A stretch of DNA of 64,000 bases from a virus (Duplodnaviria > Caudoviricetes). The stretch lies in IMG/VR virus record IMGVR_UViG_3300043427_002668; one strand, written 5' to 3'. A program made the position numbers and the translations under genes. Under the pieces are notes generated by a model that worked only from the letters and a program-made list of their open reading frames with translations, was not told where the DNA came from and ran no database searches. Positions 38,443-45,633 of this stretch are shown piece after piece (position 1 is the stretch's first letter; each line of letters starts with the position of its first letter).

Positions 38443-39619
38443 TTTTAAAGTTTCTTCCACGGAAGACCAACAAACAAATATTAAAGGAATGACGGTATTT
38501 AATACTGAAAAGGTTGATACCAAAAAACAACCAATGTTTTTTGGCAAACCTCTTGGAATTCAAAGATATGATTCATACAAATACCCTATCTTTGATAAAT
38601 TAACAACTCAACAACTTGGATACTTTTGGAGACCCGAAGAGGTTTCTCTCCAGAAGGATCGTGGAGATTATCAGACTTTACGACCAGAACAAAAGCATAT
38701 CTATACTTCCAATTTGAAGTATCAGATTATGCTTGATTCCGTTCAAGGTCGTGGTCCTGGTATGGCATTTATTCCTTACTGTTCTCTTCCTGAACTGGAA
38801 GCCTGTATGGAAGTGTGGGGATTTATGGAAATGATCCATTCACGATCCTATACCTACATCATCAAGAATGTTTATTCCGACCCTTCTGAGGTCTTTGATA
38901 CCATCATCGGTGACGAGCGCATTCTAGAGCGTGCTAGAAGCGTTACAGAGTCATATGACGACTTCATTCAATCAGCACAAACTTATGGGACATCCAGTGA
39001 TTGGATGTTTAGACTTGAGGGAGTACAAACCGCAAAAGAGACACTCACAGATGTTAAACGAAAACTGTATAGAGCAGTCGCAAACGTTAATATTCTTGAA
39101 GGCATTCGCTTCTACGTTAGTTTTGCTTGTAGTTTCGCCTTTGGTGAACTCAAGCTCATGGAAGGATCAGCAAAAATTATTTCTCTTATTGCAAGGGATG
39201 AAAATCAACACCTAGCACTTACTCAGAATATTCTGAATAAGTGGAGAGAAGGTGATGATCCTGAAATGAAACAAATTGCTAAAGAAGAGGAAGAATGGGT
39301 TTATAAAATGTTCGATCGTGCTGTAAATGAAGAAAAGAAGTGGGCTGATTATCTTTTTAAAGATGGCAGTATGATTGGACTCAATGATAAACTTCTTCAG
39401 CAATATGTTGAGTGGATTGCTAATCGTAGACTTAAAGCGATTGGTCTTAAACCCCAATATGATATTTCTGCAAATAACAACCCACTTCCTTGGACCCAGC
39501 ACTGGATTTCTTCCAAAGGTCTTCAGGTTGCTCCACAGGAAACTGAGGTAGAATCCTATGTAGTTGGAGGCATTAAGCAGGATGTTACCAAAAATACTTT
39601 CGCAGGATTCCAATTATGA
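38423..39619 (+). CDS. nrdB: class Ia ribonucleotide reductase beta
   Basis: FWRPEEV, EMIHSRSY, LEGIRFY, DENQH and APQETEVESY. Confidence 0.97.
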   Translation: MNPAQFDFKVSSTEDQQTNIKGMTVFNTEKVDTKKQPMFFGKPLGIQRYDSYKYPIFDKLTTQQLGYFWRPEEVSLQKDRGDYQTLRPEQKHIYTSNLKYQIMLDSVQGRGPGMAFIPYCSLPELEACMEVWGFMEMIHSRSYTYIIKNVYSDPSEVFDTIIGDERILERARSVTESYDDFIQSAQTYGTSSDWMFRLEGVQTAKETLTDVKRKLYRAVANVNILEGIRFYVSFACSFAFGELKLMEGSAKIISLIARDENQHLALTQNILNKWREGDDPEMKQIAKEEEEWVYKMFDRAVNEEKKWADYLFKDGSMIGLNDKLLQQYVEWIANRRLKAIGLKPQYDISANNNPLPWTQHWISSKGLQVAPQETEVESYVVGGIKQDVTKNTFAGFQL

Positions 39620-39731
39620 TGAATGGTGCGAGGAAGCAATTCTAAATGCCTATAAAGAGGCAGCAGAATGCGATGAGTTTATGTTTGGAGATTATGACTT
39701 TTGTAGGGAATGGTTAGGTGCAAATGAATAG
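39582..39731 (+). CDS. 49-aa acidic protein overlapping the nrdB 3' end
   Basis: MLPKILSQDSNYDEWCEEAILNAYKEAAECDEFMFGDYDFCREWLGANE; ends at a terminator. Confidence 0.5.
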   Translation: MLPKILSQDSNYDEWCEEAILNAYKEAAECDEFMFGDYDFCREWLGANE

Positions 39732-39735
39732 ATAT

Positions 39736-39758
39736 AGGAGGTTATACCTCCTTTTTTT
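39736..39758 (+). terminator. intrinsic terminator
   Basis: AGGAGGT-TAT-ACCTCCT followed by a T tract. Confidence 0.8.
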
Positions 39759-39920
39759 ATGTCTAAGAATCAACTTACAAAAGATGAGTTAAAAGTTCGC
39801 GTTTTAAAACTAAAAAATAATTTGTATAATGAACATATTAGGCATGATATGGATATGAAAGGACTCGCTCATAAATATCTGAACGAAGTTCTTGATATTA
39901 TTGATGAGTACAGATATTGA
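39759..39920 (+). CDS. 53-aa hypothetical
   Basis: MSKNQLTKDELKVRVLKLK...LNEVLDIIDEYRY. Confidence 0.55.
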   Translation: MSKNQLTKDELKVRVLKLKNNLYNEHIRHDMDMKGLAHKYLNEVLDIIDEYRY

Positions 39921-40347
39921 CTATGAAAACCCTTGGACCTATAATGGAAAGGTTTTTGAGTCTAGTGATATTCAAGATCATTTTGGTTTTGTTTATCATA
40001 TTCAAAACAATCTCAATGGTAGGGAATATATTGGTAGAAAATATTTTTGGAGTTTTAGAACTCCTAAGGGGAAAAAACGAAAAGTAAAATCCGAGTCCAA
40101 CTGGAAGGAGTATTATGGGTCTTGTCCGGAACTTAAAGAAGACATTGACAAATTTGGCAGAGAAAATTTTAGTCGAACTATCTTATCATTACATAAAACA
40201 AAGGGCAAAACAAACTTTGAGGAAACCAGACAGTTATTCGCCCATAACGTCCTTACCGAAGGACTTGACGACGGAACCCCAAGGTACTACAATAGCAACA
40301 TCCTCAACAGGTACTTCCGAAAAGATTATTATGAACGCAACGACTGA
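39904..40347 (+). CDS. GIY-YIG (Seg-like) endonuclease
   Basis: FGFVYHI...YIGRK...WKEYYGS...EE...YYNSNI. Confidence 0.82.
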   Translation: MSTDIDYENPWTYNGKVFESSDIQDHFGFVYHIQNNLNGREYIGRKYFWSFRTPKGKKRKVKSESNWKEYYGSCPELKEDIDKFGRENFSRTILSLHKTKGKTNFEETRQLFAHNVLTEGLDDGTPRYYNSNILNRYFRKDYYERND

Positions 40348-40504
40348 AGATATTGTTGCTCATGTGCGAGGGTGGTCTCTTGACCGTGCTGCGGATATGA
40401 GTATTGAAAAGGAAGATGCCCGTGCAATTCTTGCTGAGTTCTATGAGTGGATTGAACCAGAAGGAGATGAACTTGAAATTGTTTCCTTAGAACCAGAAGA
40501 TTGA
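40331..40504 (+). CDS. hypothetical protein
   Basis: MNATTEDIVAHVRGWSLDRAAD...; ATG at 40331. Confidence 0.6.
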   Translation: MNATTEDIVAHVRGWSLDRAADMSIEKEDARAILAEFYEWIEPEGDELEIVSLEPED

Positions 40505-40529
40505 CAAACTCTAAATAAAAACTTATAAT
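40501..40529 (+). promoter_or_regulatory. sigma70 promoter with an embedded TAAATA
   Basis: Perfect TTGACA-N17-TATAAT. Confidence 0.8.
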
Positions 40530-40660
40530 GCTAAAATCCCTGTTATGAGCAGGGTTTTTTATTATGAGACTTTGATACTTGATTTAGAGCCGTGGAGACT
40601 GCCCCTTGAGAAAGGGGATGTGCGCTTTCTCTATACGGATGTAGAGTTCTATTAATTTTA

Positions 40661-41284
40661 ATGCTTAACGTCTTTACTGTAGCCCTGCCCCTTCTGGCAT
40701 CGGTTACAACCATAACGGCAACACTGCCATCATCTGCAAGTGCTCCAAAATATTCTATTATTAAGGAGTTTGAACCAGAGAAGACAGCGATCCTAGAGGT
40801 TGCTCCCGAAAAGCCAAAAGAGAAAAGGCTAATTTGTAAAGGGTGTAATGAACATGAAAATGCTGCCCTGGCATATTTCCAGGACCGTGGTATTAAAGAC
40901 AGAAACGCCCTTGCTACCATCATGGGTAACATTCGTCAGGAATCAACTTTTATTCCTAACATTTGTGAAGGTGGTAGCAGAACCAGTTGGAATAACTGCG
41001 GCCGCGGTTATGGACTGATTCAATGGACATCTGCCGATCGTTATTATGGATTGGGTGATTTTGCTAAAAGGTATGGTGGTTCTCCATCATCACTTGATAC
41101 GCAACTTCGTTATCTTACAACTGAAGTCCAATGGAGACGAATTGAAGAAAGGATGAAAACTCCTGGCAAGTCTATCAATCGTTATATGGACTATGCGTAT
41201 AGTTGGATTGGTTGGGGGCATCATGGTGCCCGCACTTCGTATGCTCATGATTATGCCAACCGACTGATTCAGGTAGAAGTTTGA
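40661..41284 (+). CDS. signal-peptide-bearing peptidoglycan hydrolase (phage tail-lysozyme-like)
   Basis: Hydrophobic N-terminus; ALATIMGNIRQES...GYGLIQWT...LDTQLRYL. Confidence 0.78.
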   Translation: MLNVFTVALPLLASVTTITATLPSSASAPKYSIIKEFEPEKTAILEVAPEKPKEKRLICKGCNEHENAALAYFQDRGIKDRNALATIMGNIRQESTFIPNICEGGSRTSWNNCGRGYGLIQWTSADRYYGLGDFAKRYGGSPSSLDTQLRYLTTEVQWRRIEERMKTPGKSINRYMDYAYSWIGWGHHGARTSYAHDYANRLIQVEV

Positions 41285-41288
41285 TTGT

Positions 41289-41313
41289 AAGGGGAGTATA
41301 CACTCCCCTTTTT
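41289..41313 (+). terminator. intrinsic terminator
   Basis: AAGGGGAGT-ATAC-ACTCCCCTT followed by TTT. Confidence 0.85.
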
Positions 41314-41356
41314 AGTGCATATATACTTAATCCTAATTATTTTTTTGAGGGGTATT

Positions 41357-41554
41357 ATGTCTGAAACTGCACAACAAATTGCTGATGCATTTGCGACTTG
41401 GCAATCTGAGGATGAAAAATTTGCGAATGGAAACAGTGCTGCTGGCACCAGAGCCCGTAAAGCACTTCAAGAACTGACTAAACTTGCAAAAGCACGTAGG
41501 TCAGAAATCTCAGAAGAGAAGACTGCCAGAAAAGAAGCAAAGGCATCTGCTTGA
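41357..41554 (+). CDS. histone-H1-like (Hc1-family) small protein
   Basis: GNSAAGTRARKALQELTKLAKARRSEI motif. Confidence 0.65.
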   Translation: MSETAQQIADAFATWQSEDEKFANGNSAAGTRARKALQELTKLAKARRSEISEEKTARKEAKASA

Positions 41555-41589
41555 TAAAATAAATAGAGGGGAGTGTATGCTCTCCTCTT

Positions 41590-41883
41590 ATGTCTATTGA
41601 TAATCTTCCACAAGAACCAGAAGACATAGTTAATATTGCTGCTAGAACAGGATATTTAAAAGTAGAAACTGATATAGGTGAAGTTAAATTAAACTCTTAT
41701 AATCAGGTAGAGATACAACCAAAAGGAACTCCATTTGGAACAAAGTTAAAAGTAGAAGCAGATGGGTCTATAACGCCGACTCTAACTTTTGATACCAAAA
41801 AGATGAGAGAACCTAGAAAGAAAATTGATCCAGAACAAATATTAGATGATGCTCTAGAGGATTTTTTTGATGAGCAACAGTAA
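41590..41883 (+). CDS. hypothetical protein
   Basis: 97-aa ORF. Confidence 0.6.
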   Translation: MSIDNLPQEPEDIVNIAARTGYLKVETDIGEVKLNSYNQVEIQPKGTPFGTKLKVEADGSITPTLTFDTKKMREPRKKIDPEQILDDALEDFFDEQQ

Positions 41884-42151
41884 GTTTAATATCTTTGAAT
41901 TTAAGTTTGGTAAAGAAAAAAAATCTCTAAAGGAATGGATAAAGATAGGTGCAATTATTCACGGATCTTTAGACTTGATTTCTTTGATTCCTGGAGTTGA
42001 GAAAAGAAAGGCTTTTAATTTAATGGATGAGATTCAATTGAGAATCGGGACTATTGATGTTATTAATGATTATATTATTCAAGATGAAGAGTTATTAAAA
42101 TATCGTATAGATAGAGTTATTGATAAGTCTCTGGAGGAATATAATGATTAA
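41867..42151 (+). CDS. hypothetical protein
   Basis: 94-aa ORF. Confidence 0.6.
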   Translation: MMSNSKFNIFEFKFGKEKKSLKEWIKIGAIIHGSLDLISLIPGVEKRKAFNLMDEIQLRIGTIDVINDYIIQDEELLKYRIDRVIDKSLEEYND

Positions 42152-42581
42152 ACTTTTCACTATCAAAGGTGGAAAAGTTAATATATTCGGTATTACTAAG
42201 GCGATGGTAATCGCTTTTATTACATCAAGTATTGTAGTTGCTATTGCGGGATATTTTAAATTATCTCAAGAAGATCTTTGGAAGTTTATTACGCTTATTC
42301 AACAGGAACTGGGAATTGAATTTGGAGAGGATTTGAATGAGAAGTTTAGGAATGATGAGAAGTTATTAGATTTTATCATCAAAAACAAAGTAGATCAAGC
42401 CATATATGACTATGAACGCTTGACAGGGGACTCTGGAACCCCTAGAATACCTTTGCCACGGTTGATAGAGAAGGCTCCAGAAGCTTCTATATGTTACACT
42501 GAAGAGTGTAAGAAACTAGGAGGAGAAATGAGACTTTGTGCTCCGTGGCTTGACACCTGTAAGGAAGAACCTGTAAAATAG
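42120..42581 (+). CDS. membrane-anchored hypothetical
   Basis: TM segment AMVIAFITSSIVVAIAGYF; Cys-rich C-terminus CYTEECKKLGGEMRLCAPW. Confidence 0.65.
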   Translation: MISLWRNIMIKLFTIKGGKVNIFGITKAMVIAFITSSIVVAIAGYFKLSQEDLWKFITLIQQELGIEFGEDLNEKFRNDEKLLDFIIKNKVDQAIYDYERLTGDSGTPRIPLPRLIEKAPEASICYTEECKKLGGEMRLCAPWLDTCKEEPVK

Positions 42582-42586
42582 AATAT

Positions 42587-42664
42587 GTCGCGGTTTAAAC
42601 CTTAAGATAAGATCCAGTGGGGCACTTATTAAAAAGGTTTAATTTAGATTCACAACCACGCGAC
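42587..42664 (+). ncRNA. long stem-loop RNA candidate
   Basis: GTCGCG/CGCGAC, TTAAACCTT/AAGGTTTAA and GATAAG/CTTATT nested stems. Confidence 0.4.
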
Positions 42665-42670
42665 ACTCAC

Positions 42671-42699
42671 TTGACGATCAAATCCTAACCTGGTATGAT
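42671..42699 (+). promoter_or_regulatory. sigma70 promoter for the tRNA cluster
   Basis: TTGACG-N17-TATGAT. Confidence 0.7.
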
Positions 42700-42777
42700 T
42701 GTTTTGTTGGTTCGGAAGTCCTCTAACACTTCTGGTAATATACATAAGGCACTGTCTTATGCGTTTCCAACTTATAT

Positions 42778-42849
42778 GGGCTCATAGTTAAGCGGATATA
42801 ACCTTCGCCTTCTAAGCGAATGTCCCTGGTTCGATTCCAGGTGAGCCTG
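42778..42849 (+). tRNA. tRNA-Arg(TCT)
   Basis: TTCGC-CT-TCT-AA-GCGAA anticodon arm; full cloverleaf. Confidence 0.92.
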
Positions 42850-42933
42850 TTGGAGTTTATCTCCATATATAAAAGTAATAGAGAGTAAGTCTCTGTTATA
42901 TCCTTATGAGGTATATCACACTTACTCCATCTT

Positions 42934-43018
42934 GCCCGAATGGCGGAATTGGCAAACGCAATAGGTTTAGGTCCTATCGCCCTACGACGGCTTACAGGTT
43001 CAAATCCTGTTTCGGGCA
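42934..43018 (+). tRNA. tRNA-Leu(TAG)
   Basis: ATAGG-TT-TAG-GT-CCTAT; long variable arm. Confidence 0.9.
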
Positions 43019-43058
43019 CTTGACAATCAAACTCAAAAGGTTTATGATTGTCTCATAA

Positions 43059-43129
43059 GCGGGTATAGTTTAGGGGTAAAATGCCATCCTTCCAAGTTGG
43101 AGTCACCGGTTCGATTCCGGTTACCCGCT
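43059..43129 (+). tRNA. tRNA-Gly(TCC)
   Basis: GCGGGTA/TACCCGC acceptor; CT-TCC-AA loop; TTGACA-N17-TATGAT promoter at 43020. Confidence 0.92.
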
Positions 43130-43149
43130 CTGAACCTTCGGGTTCTTAT

Positions 43150-43221
43150 TCCACAATGGCGCAGCGGTAGCGCAGAAGACTGTTAATCTTTTGGTCCCTG
43201 GTTCGAATCCAGGTTGTGGAG
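43150..43221 (+). tRNA. tRNA-Asn(GTT)
   Basis: GAAGA-CT-GTT-AA-TCTTT; full cloverleaf. Confidence 0.92.
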
Positions 43222-43223
43222 TT

Positions 43224-43455
43224 GAAAGGGTTGGAAATGTCCGATTCTTTCATATTGGTTCTGGGTGGAATTCCCAGCAGTTCCGTTAGGGACTGTCCTT
43301 TGTAGGTTCGATACCTACATCTTCCTTATGGGAGATAAGAACGGCTATTGGAAACCTTCGTAGGTGCCAAAACCTCTCCCCAGGTCGATGTTTAAACTGG
43401 TGCTTGGGTGAATGTAAAGAGTGGGGACATAGGTAAAGTCCCCAACACCTACCAC
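43224..43455 (+). ncRNA. multi-hairpin structured RNA candidate containing a T-loop
   Basis: At least 6 well-paired stems in a non-coding 230-nt gap (see findings). Confidence 0.5.
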
Positions 43456-43456
43456 A

Positions 43457-43530
43457 TCCTCTGGTAGTCTATTGGTAAGGACAGGCAGACAATGCACTTG
43501 GAAACTAGGTTCGATTCCTAGACAGAGGAC
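43457..43530 (+). tRNA. tRNA-like element with a non-canonical anticodon arm
   Basis: Acceptor CCTCTG/CAGAGG; D-arm with GGTAA; T-arm CTAGG-TTCGATT-CCTAG; anticodon stem only GCA/TGC. Confidence 0.5.
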
Positions 43531-43535
43531 CTTTT

Positions 43536-43608
43536 GCCCGATGACCCAGCTAGTGAAGGGACCTGCCTTACAAGCAGGCATCGGTAGGGGCGGAACCTAT
43601 ATCGGGCA
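43536..43608 (+). tRNA. tRNA-Val(TAC) with an atypical T-loop
   Basis: CCTGC-CT-TAC-AA-GCAGG; T-loop is GGCGGAA rather than TTCRANT. Confidence 0.75.
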
Positions 43609-43638
43609 TACTTGATAAATAAATACAAAAAGAGTATA

Positions 43639-44073
43639 ATGGAAAAACTGTTTAAACTCTTAAGTGATGCTCAGTCATCACTTTTTGTTTTATTTCATAA
43701 AACTTGGGCGTTTCACTGGAATGTAGTTGGAGAAGATTTTACTCAACTACATCAACTCTTTGGCGGACAGTATGAAACGATGTTTGAAGAGATTGACAGA
43801 CTCTCCGAACATATGAGATACTTAAATGTAAAACCATTAAGTTCTCTTTCAAGAATGCTTGAGGTTACACAAATTAAAGAGGCAGCAAGTTCATCTGGAG
43901 CAAAAGATATGCTTCAAGAACTTCTGGATAATAACACTAAGTTTTGTGAGTTGATGGTAGAGATTTCGGAAGAAGCAGAGCAACAAAAGTCTTATGCAAC
44001 TGCTAATCTAGTTCAAGATTTAATGGAATCTCACGGTAAGTTTGTATGGCAATTAAGATCACATTTACAGTGA
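43639..44073 (+). CDS. dps: Dps/ferritin-like DNA-protection protein
   Basis: HKTWAFHWNVVG.DF.QLHQLF..QY....EEID...E ferroxidase motif; H.KF.WQL C-terminus. Confidence 0.92.
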   Translation: MEKLFKLLSDAQSSLFVLFHKTWAFHWNVVGEDFTQLHQLFGGQYETMFEEIDRLSEHMRYLNVKPLSSLSRMLEVTQIKEAASSSGAKDMLQELLDNNTKFCELMVEISEEAEQQKSYATANLVQDLMESHGKFVWQLRSHLQ

Positions 44074-44088
44074 TGAGGATGAAGAACA

Positions 44089-44340
44089 ATGTTATCAATA
44101 AGATGCAAAGATTGTAATAGAGAACTAACAGGACACCACTCAAAAACAGTTACTTGTGGATGTCCGAATATGGCAACAATTCGTGGAGATAAGATTTCGG
44201 CACTTGACTTATCTCGCATTGTTATGCTAAACTCTTTAAAAGAAAATCAAAAAAAAGGTGTGCTGACTTCTCAAGATATTGCTTGGCAAGAAGCACGTCG
44301 CCAGCGTAAAGTTAGGCGTCTTGATTTTGAAGTTCGTTAA
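44089..44340 (+). CDS. small Zn-binding hypothetical
   Basis: CKDC...CGC motif. Confidence 0.65.
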   Translation: MLSIRCKDCNRELTGHHSKTVTCGCPNMATIRGDKISALDLSRIVMLNSLKENQKKGVLTSQDIAWQEARRQRKVRRLDFEVR

Positions 44341-44352
44341 GAACTGAATATT

Positions 44353-44437
44353 GGAAAGGTGGTCGAGTGGTTGAAGGCTCCAGTCTTGAAAACTGGCGAT
44401 GTGAAAGCATCCGTGGGTTCGAATCCCACCCTTTCCG
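44353..44437 (+). tRNA. tRNA-Ser(TGA)
   Basis: CCAGT-CT-TGA-AA-ACTGG; long variable arm. Confidence 0.93.
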
Positions 44438-44549
44438 TTAAGAAGCATTAAAAATTTAAGATTCTCTTCAACAGTGTTACTCTTTGAACACAAATCGTTG
44501 ACGTTCAAAAGTCCAGAACTAGTATATAGTAGTAATACGAACTAGAAAA

Positions 44550-44699
44550 ATGGATCAACGCACCTATGATAATTGGGTGAAGATCAAAGAAACTTTTGAG
44601 GCTTCTGGTAACACTGATAATATGTTCTATAAAAGAGCAGTTGAGATAGTTAAAACCCGTAGAGATCCTCTTGCAAAATTTCTTGGAGATGAGAAGTGA
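44550..44699 (+). CDS. 49-aa hypothetical
   Basis: MDQRTYDNWVKIKETFEASGNTDNMFYKRAVEIVKTRRDPLAKFLGDEK. Confidence 0.55.
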   Translation: MDQRTYDNWVKIKETFEASGNTDNMFYKRAVEIVKTRRDPLAKFLGDEK

Positions 44700-44899
44700 T
44701 GGAACCTCAAGACGAATTTATTACTCGTTCAGAAGTTCAGGAGATGATTGATGCAGCAATACGACGACACAACCGTAATGCTTCTATCATTAGTATGTGC
44801 GTCGGTTGGGTGGTTCTTGCTTTATTTGCTGAGGGACTACTGAGACTGATTGGTATTATTCCCCCACTCTTACCTTGGCTTAAGATCACGTTAAACTAA
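44696..44899 (+). CDS. small membrane protein
   Basis: AIRRHNRNASIISMCVGWVVLALF TM segment. Confidence 0.65.
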   Translation: MMEPQDEFITRSEVQEMIDAAIRRHNRNASIISMCVGWVVLALFAEGLLRLIGIIPPLLPWLKITLN

Positions 44900-45003
44900 T
44901 GTCAGAAGAAGATTTAGAAGAACTACTAAAAAGAGTTTTACAACAAAAGATGAATGAACTTTTTGAAGAACCTTCTACATACGAGGACGAAGACGATGAA
45001 TGA
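44899..45003 (+). CDS. 34-aa acidic peptide
   Basis: MSEEDLEELLKRVLQQKMNELFEEPSTYEDEDDE; TAATG coupling. Confidence 0.5.
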   Translation: MSEEDLEELLKRVLQQKMNELFEEPSTYEDEDDE

Positions 45004-45085
45004 CCGCATCTATACAGCACTCACAATCTTTGGTATAATAGGATTGTTAATCATTTGGTCCCTAGATCACGCATATATAAAATGA
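44996..45085 (+). CDS. 29-aa single-TM peptide
   Basis: MNDRIYTALTIFGIIGLLIIWSLDHAYIK. Confidence 0.4.
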   Translation: MNDRIYTALTIFGIIGLLIIWSLDHAYIK

Positions 45086-45198
45086 TTTTCCATATCGTAG
45101 AAGCACTCGCAGCAAATCCATTTTTTCTTTTTCTCTGCGGGTGCGGGTTGACAATCGTACCATTTGCTGGTATTATGTTTATACATAGAGACAAGTAA
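45082..45198 (+). CDS. 38-aa TM peptide
   Basis: MIFHIVEALAANPFFLFLCGCGLTIVPFAGIMFIHRDK; ATGA coupling; stop abuts tRNA-Pro. Confidence 0.45.
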   Translation: MIFHIVEALAANPFFLFLCGCGLTIVPFAGIMFIHRDK

Positions 45199-45272
45199 CC
45201 GGGTTTAGCGCAGTTTGGTAGCGCATCTGCTTTGGGAGCAGAGGGTCGCAGGTTCGAATCCTGCAACTCGGA
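45199..45272 (+). tRNA. tRNA-Pro(TGG)
   Basis: TCTGC-TT-TGG-GA-GCAGA; full cloverleaf. Confidence 0.93.
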
Positions 45273-45288
45273 CTCATAAAATCACTTT

Positions 45289-45522
45289 ATGAAAATGAAT
45301 CCAGAAATCGAAAAACTTCCATCCTTTACAATTGAAGAGTTTCAAGCAGATTTTGATAACCTTATGAATAGAGTAGAAAGCGGTGAGACACTACTCATCA
45401 AAAGTCAACACGGAAATGCAGTAATGGTTCCTTACAAAGAAGTGGTTAGTATATGTAACGAAGCAAATGTGGATCTTGAAGAGATAGTCAAGATTCACAC
45501 AGACCACGAAGAAGGGTCTTGA
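45289..45522 (+). CDS. Phd/YefM antitoxin-like protein
   Basis: TIEEFQADFDNLMNRVESGETLLIKSQHGNAVMVPY resembles the Phd N-terminal pattern. Confidence 0.55.
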   Translation: MKMNPEIEKLPSFTIEEFQADFDNLMNRVESGETLLIKSQHGNAVMVPYKEVVSICNEANVDLEEIVKIHTDHEEGS

Positions 45523-45561
45523 CAGAGCGTTCCAGGTCCGCTACTATAGATCTGGTCTTAA

Positions 45562-45633
45562 GGGACTGTCGCCTATGGGTTAAGGCCCACTGCTTATAAC
45601 GGTGTGAACTGAGTTCAAGTCTCAGCAGTCCTA
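45562..45633 (+). tRNA. tRNA-Ile(TAT)
   Basis: CACTG-CT-TAT-AA-CGGTG; TTGACA-N17-TACTAT promoter just upstream. Confidence 0.85.

Noticed and set aside
43233-43326. Selenocysteine tRNA or allo-tRNA
   Set aside because: The size and long arm are suggestive, but there is no TCA anticodon, the acceptor pairs poorly, and both ends fold better into separate hairpins.
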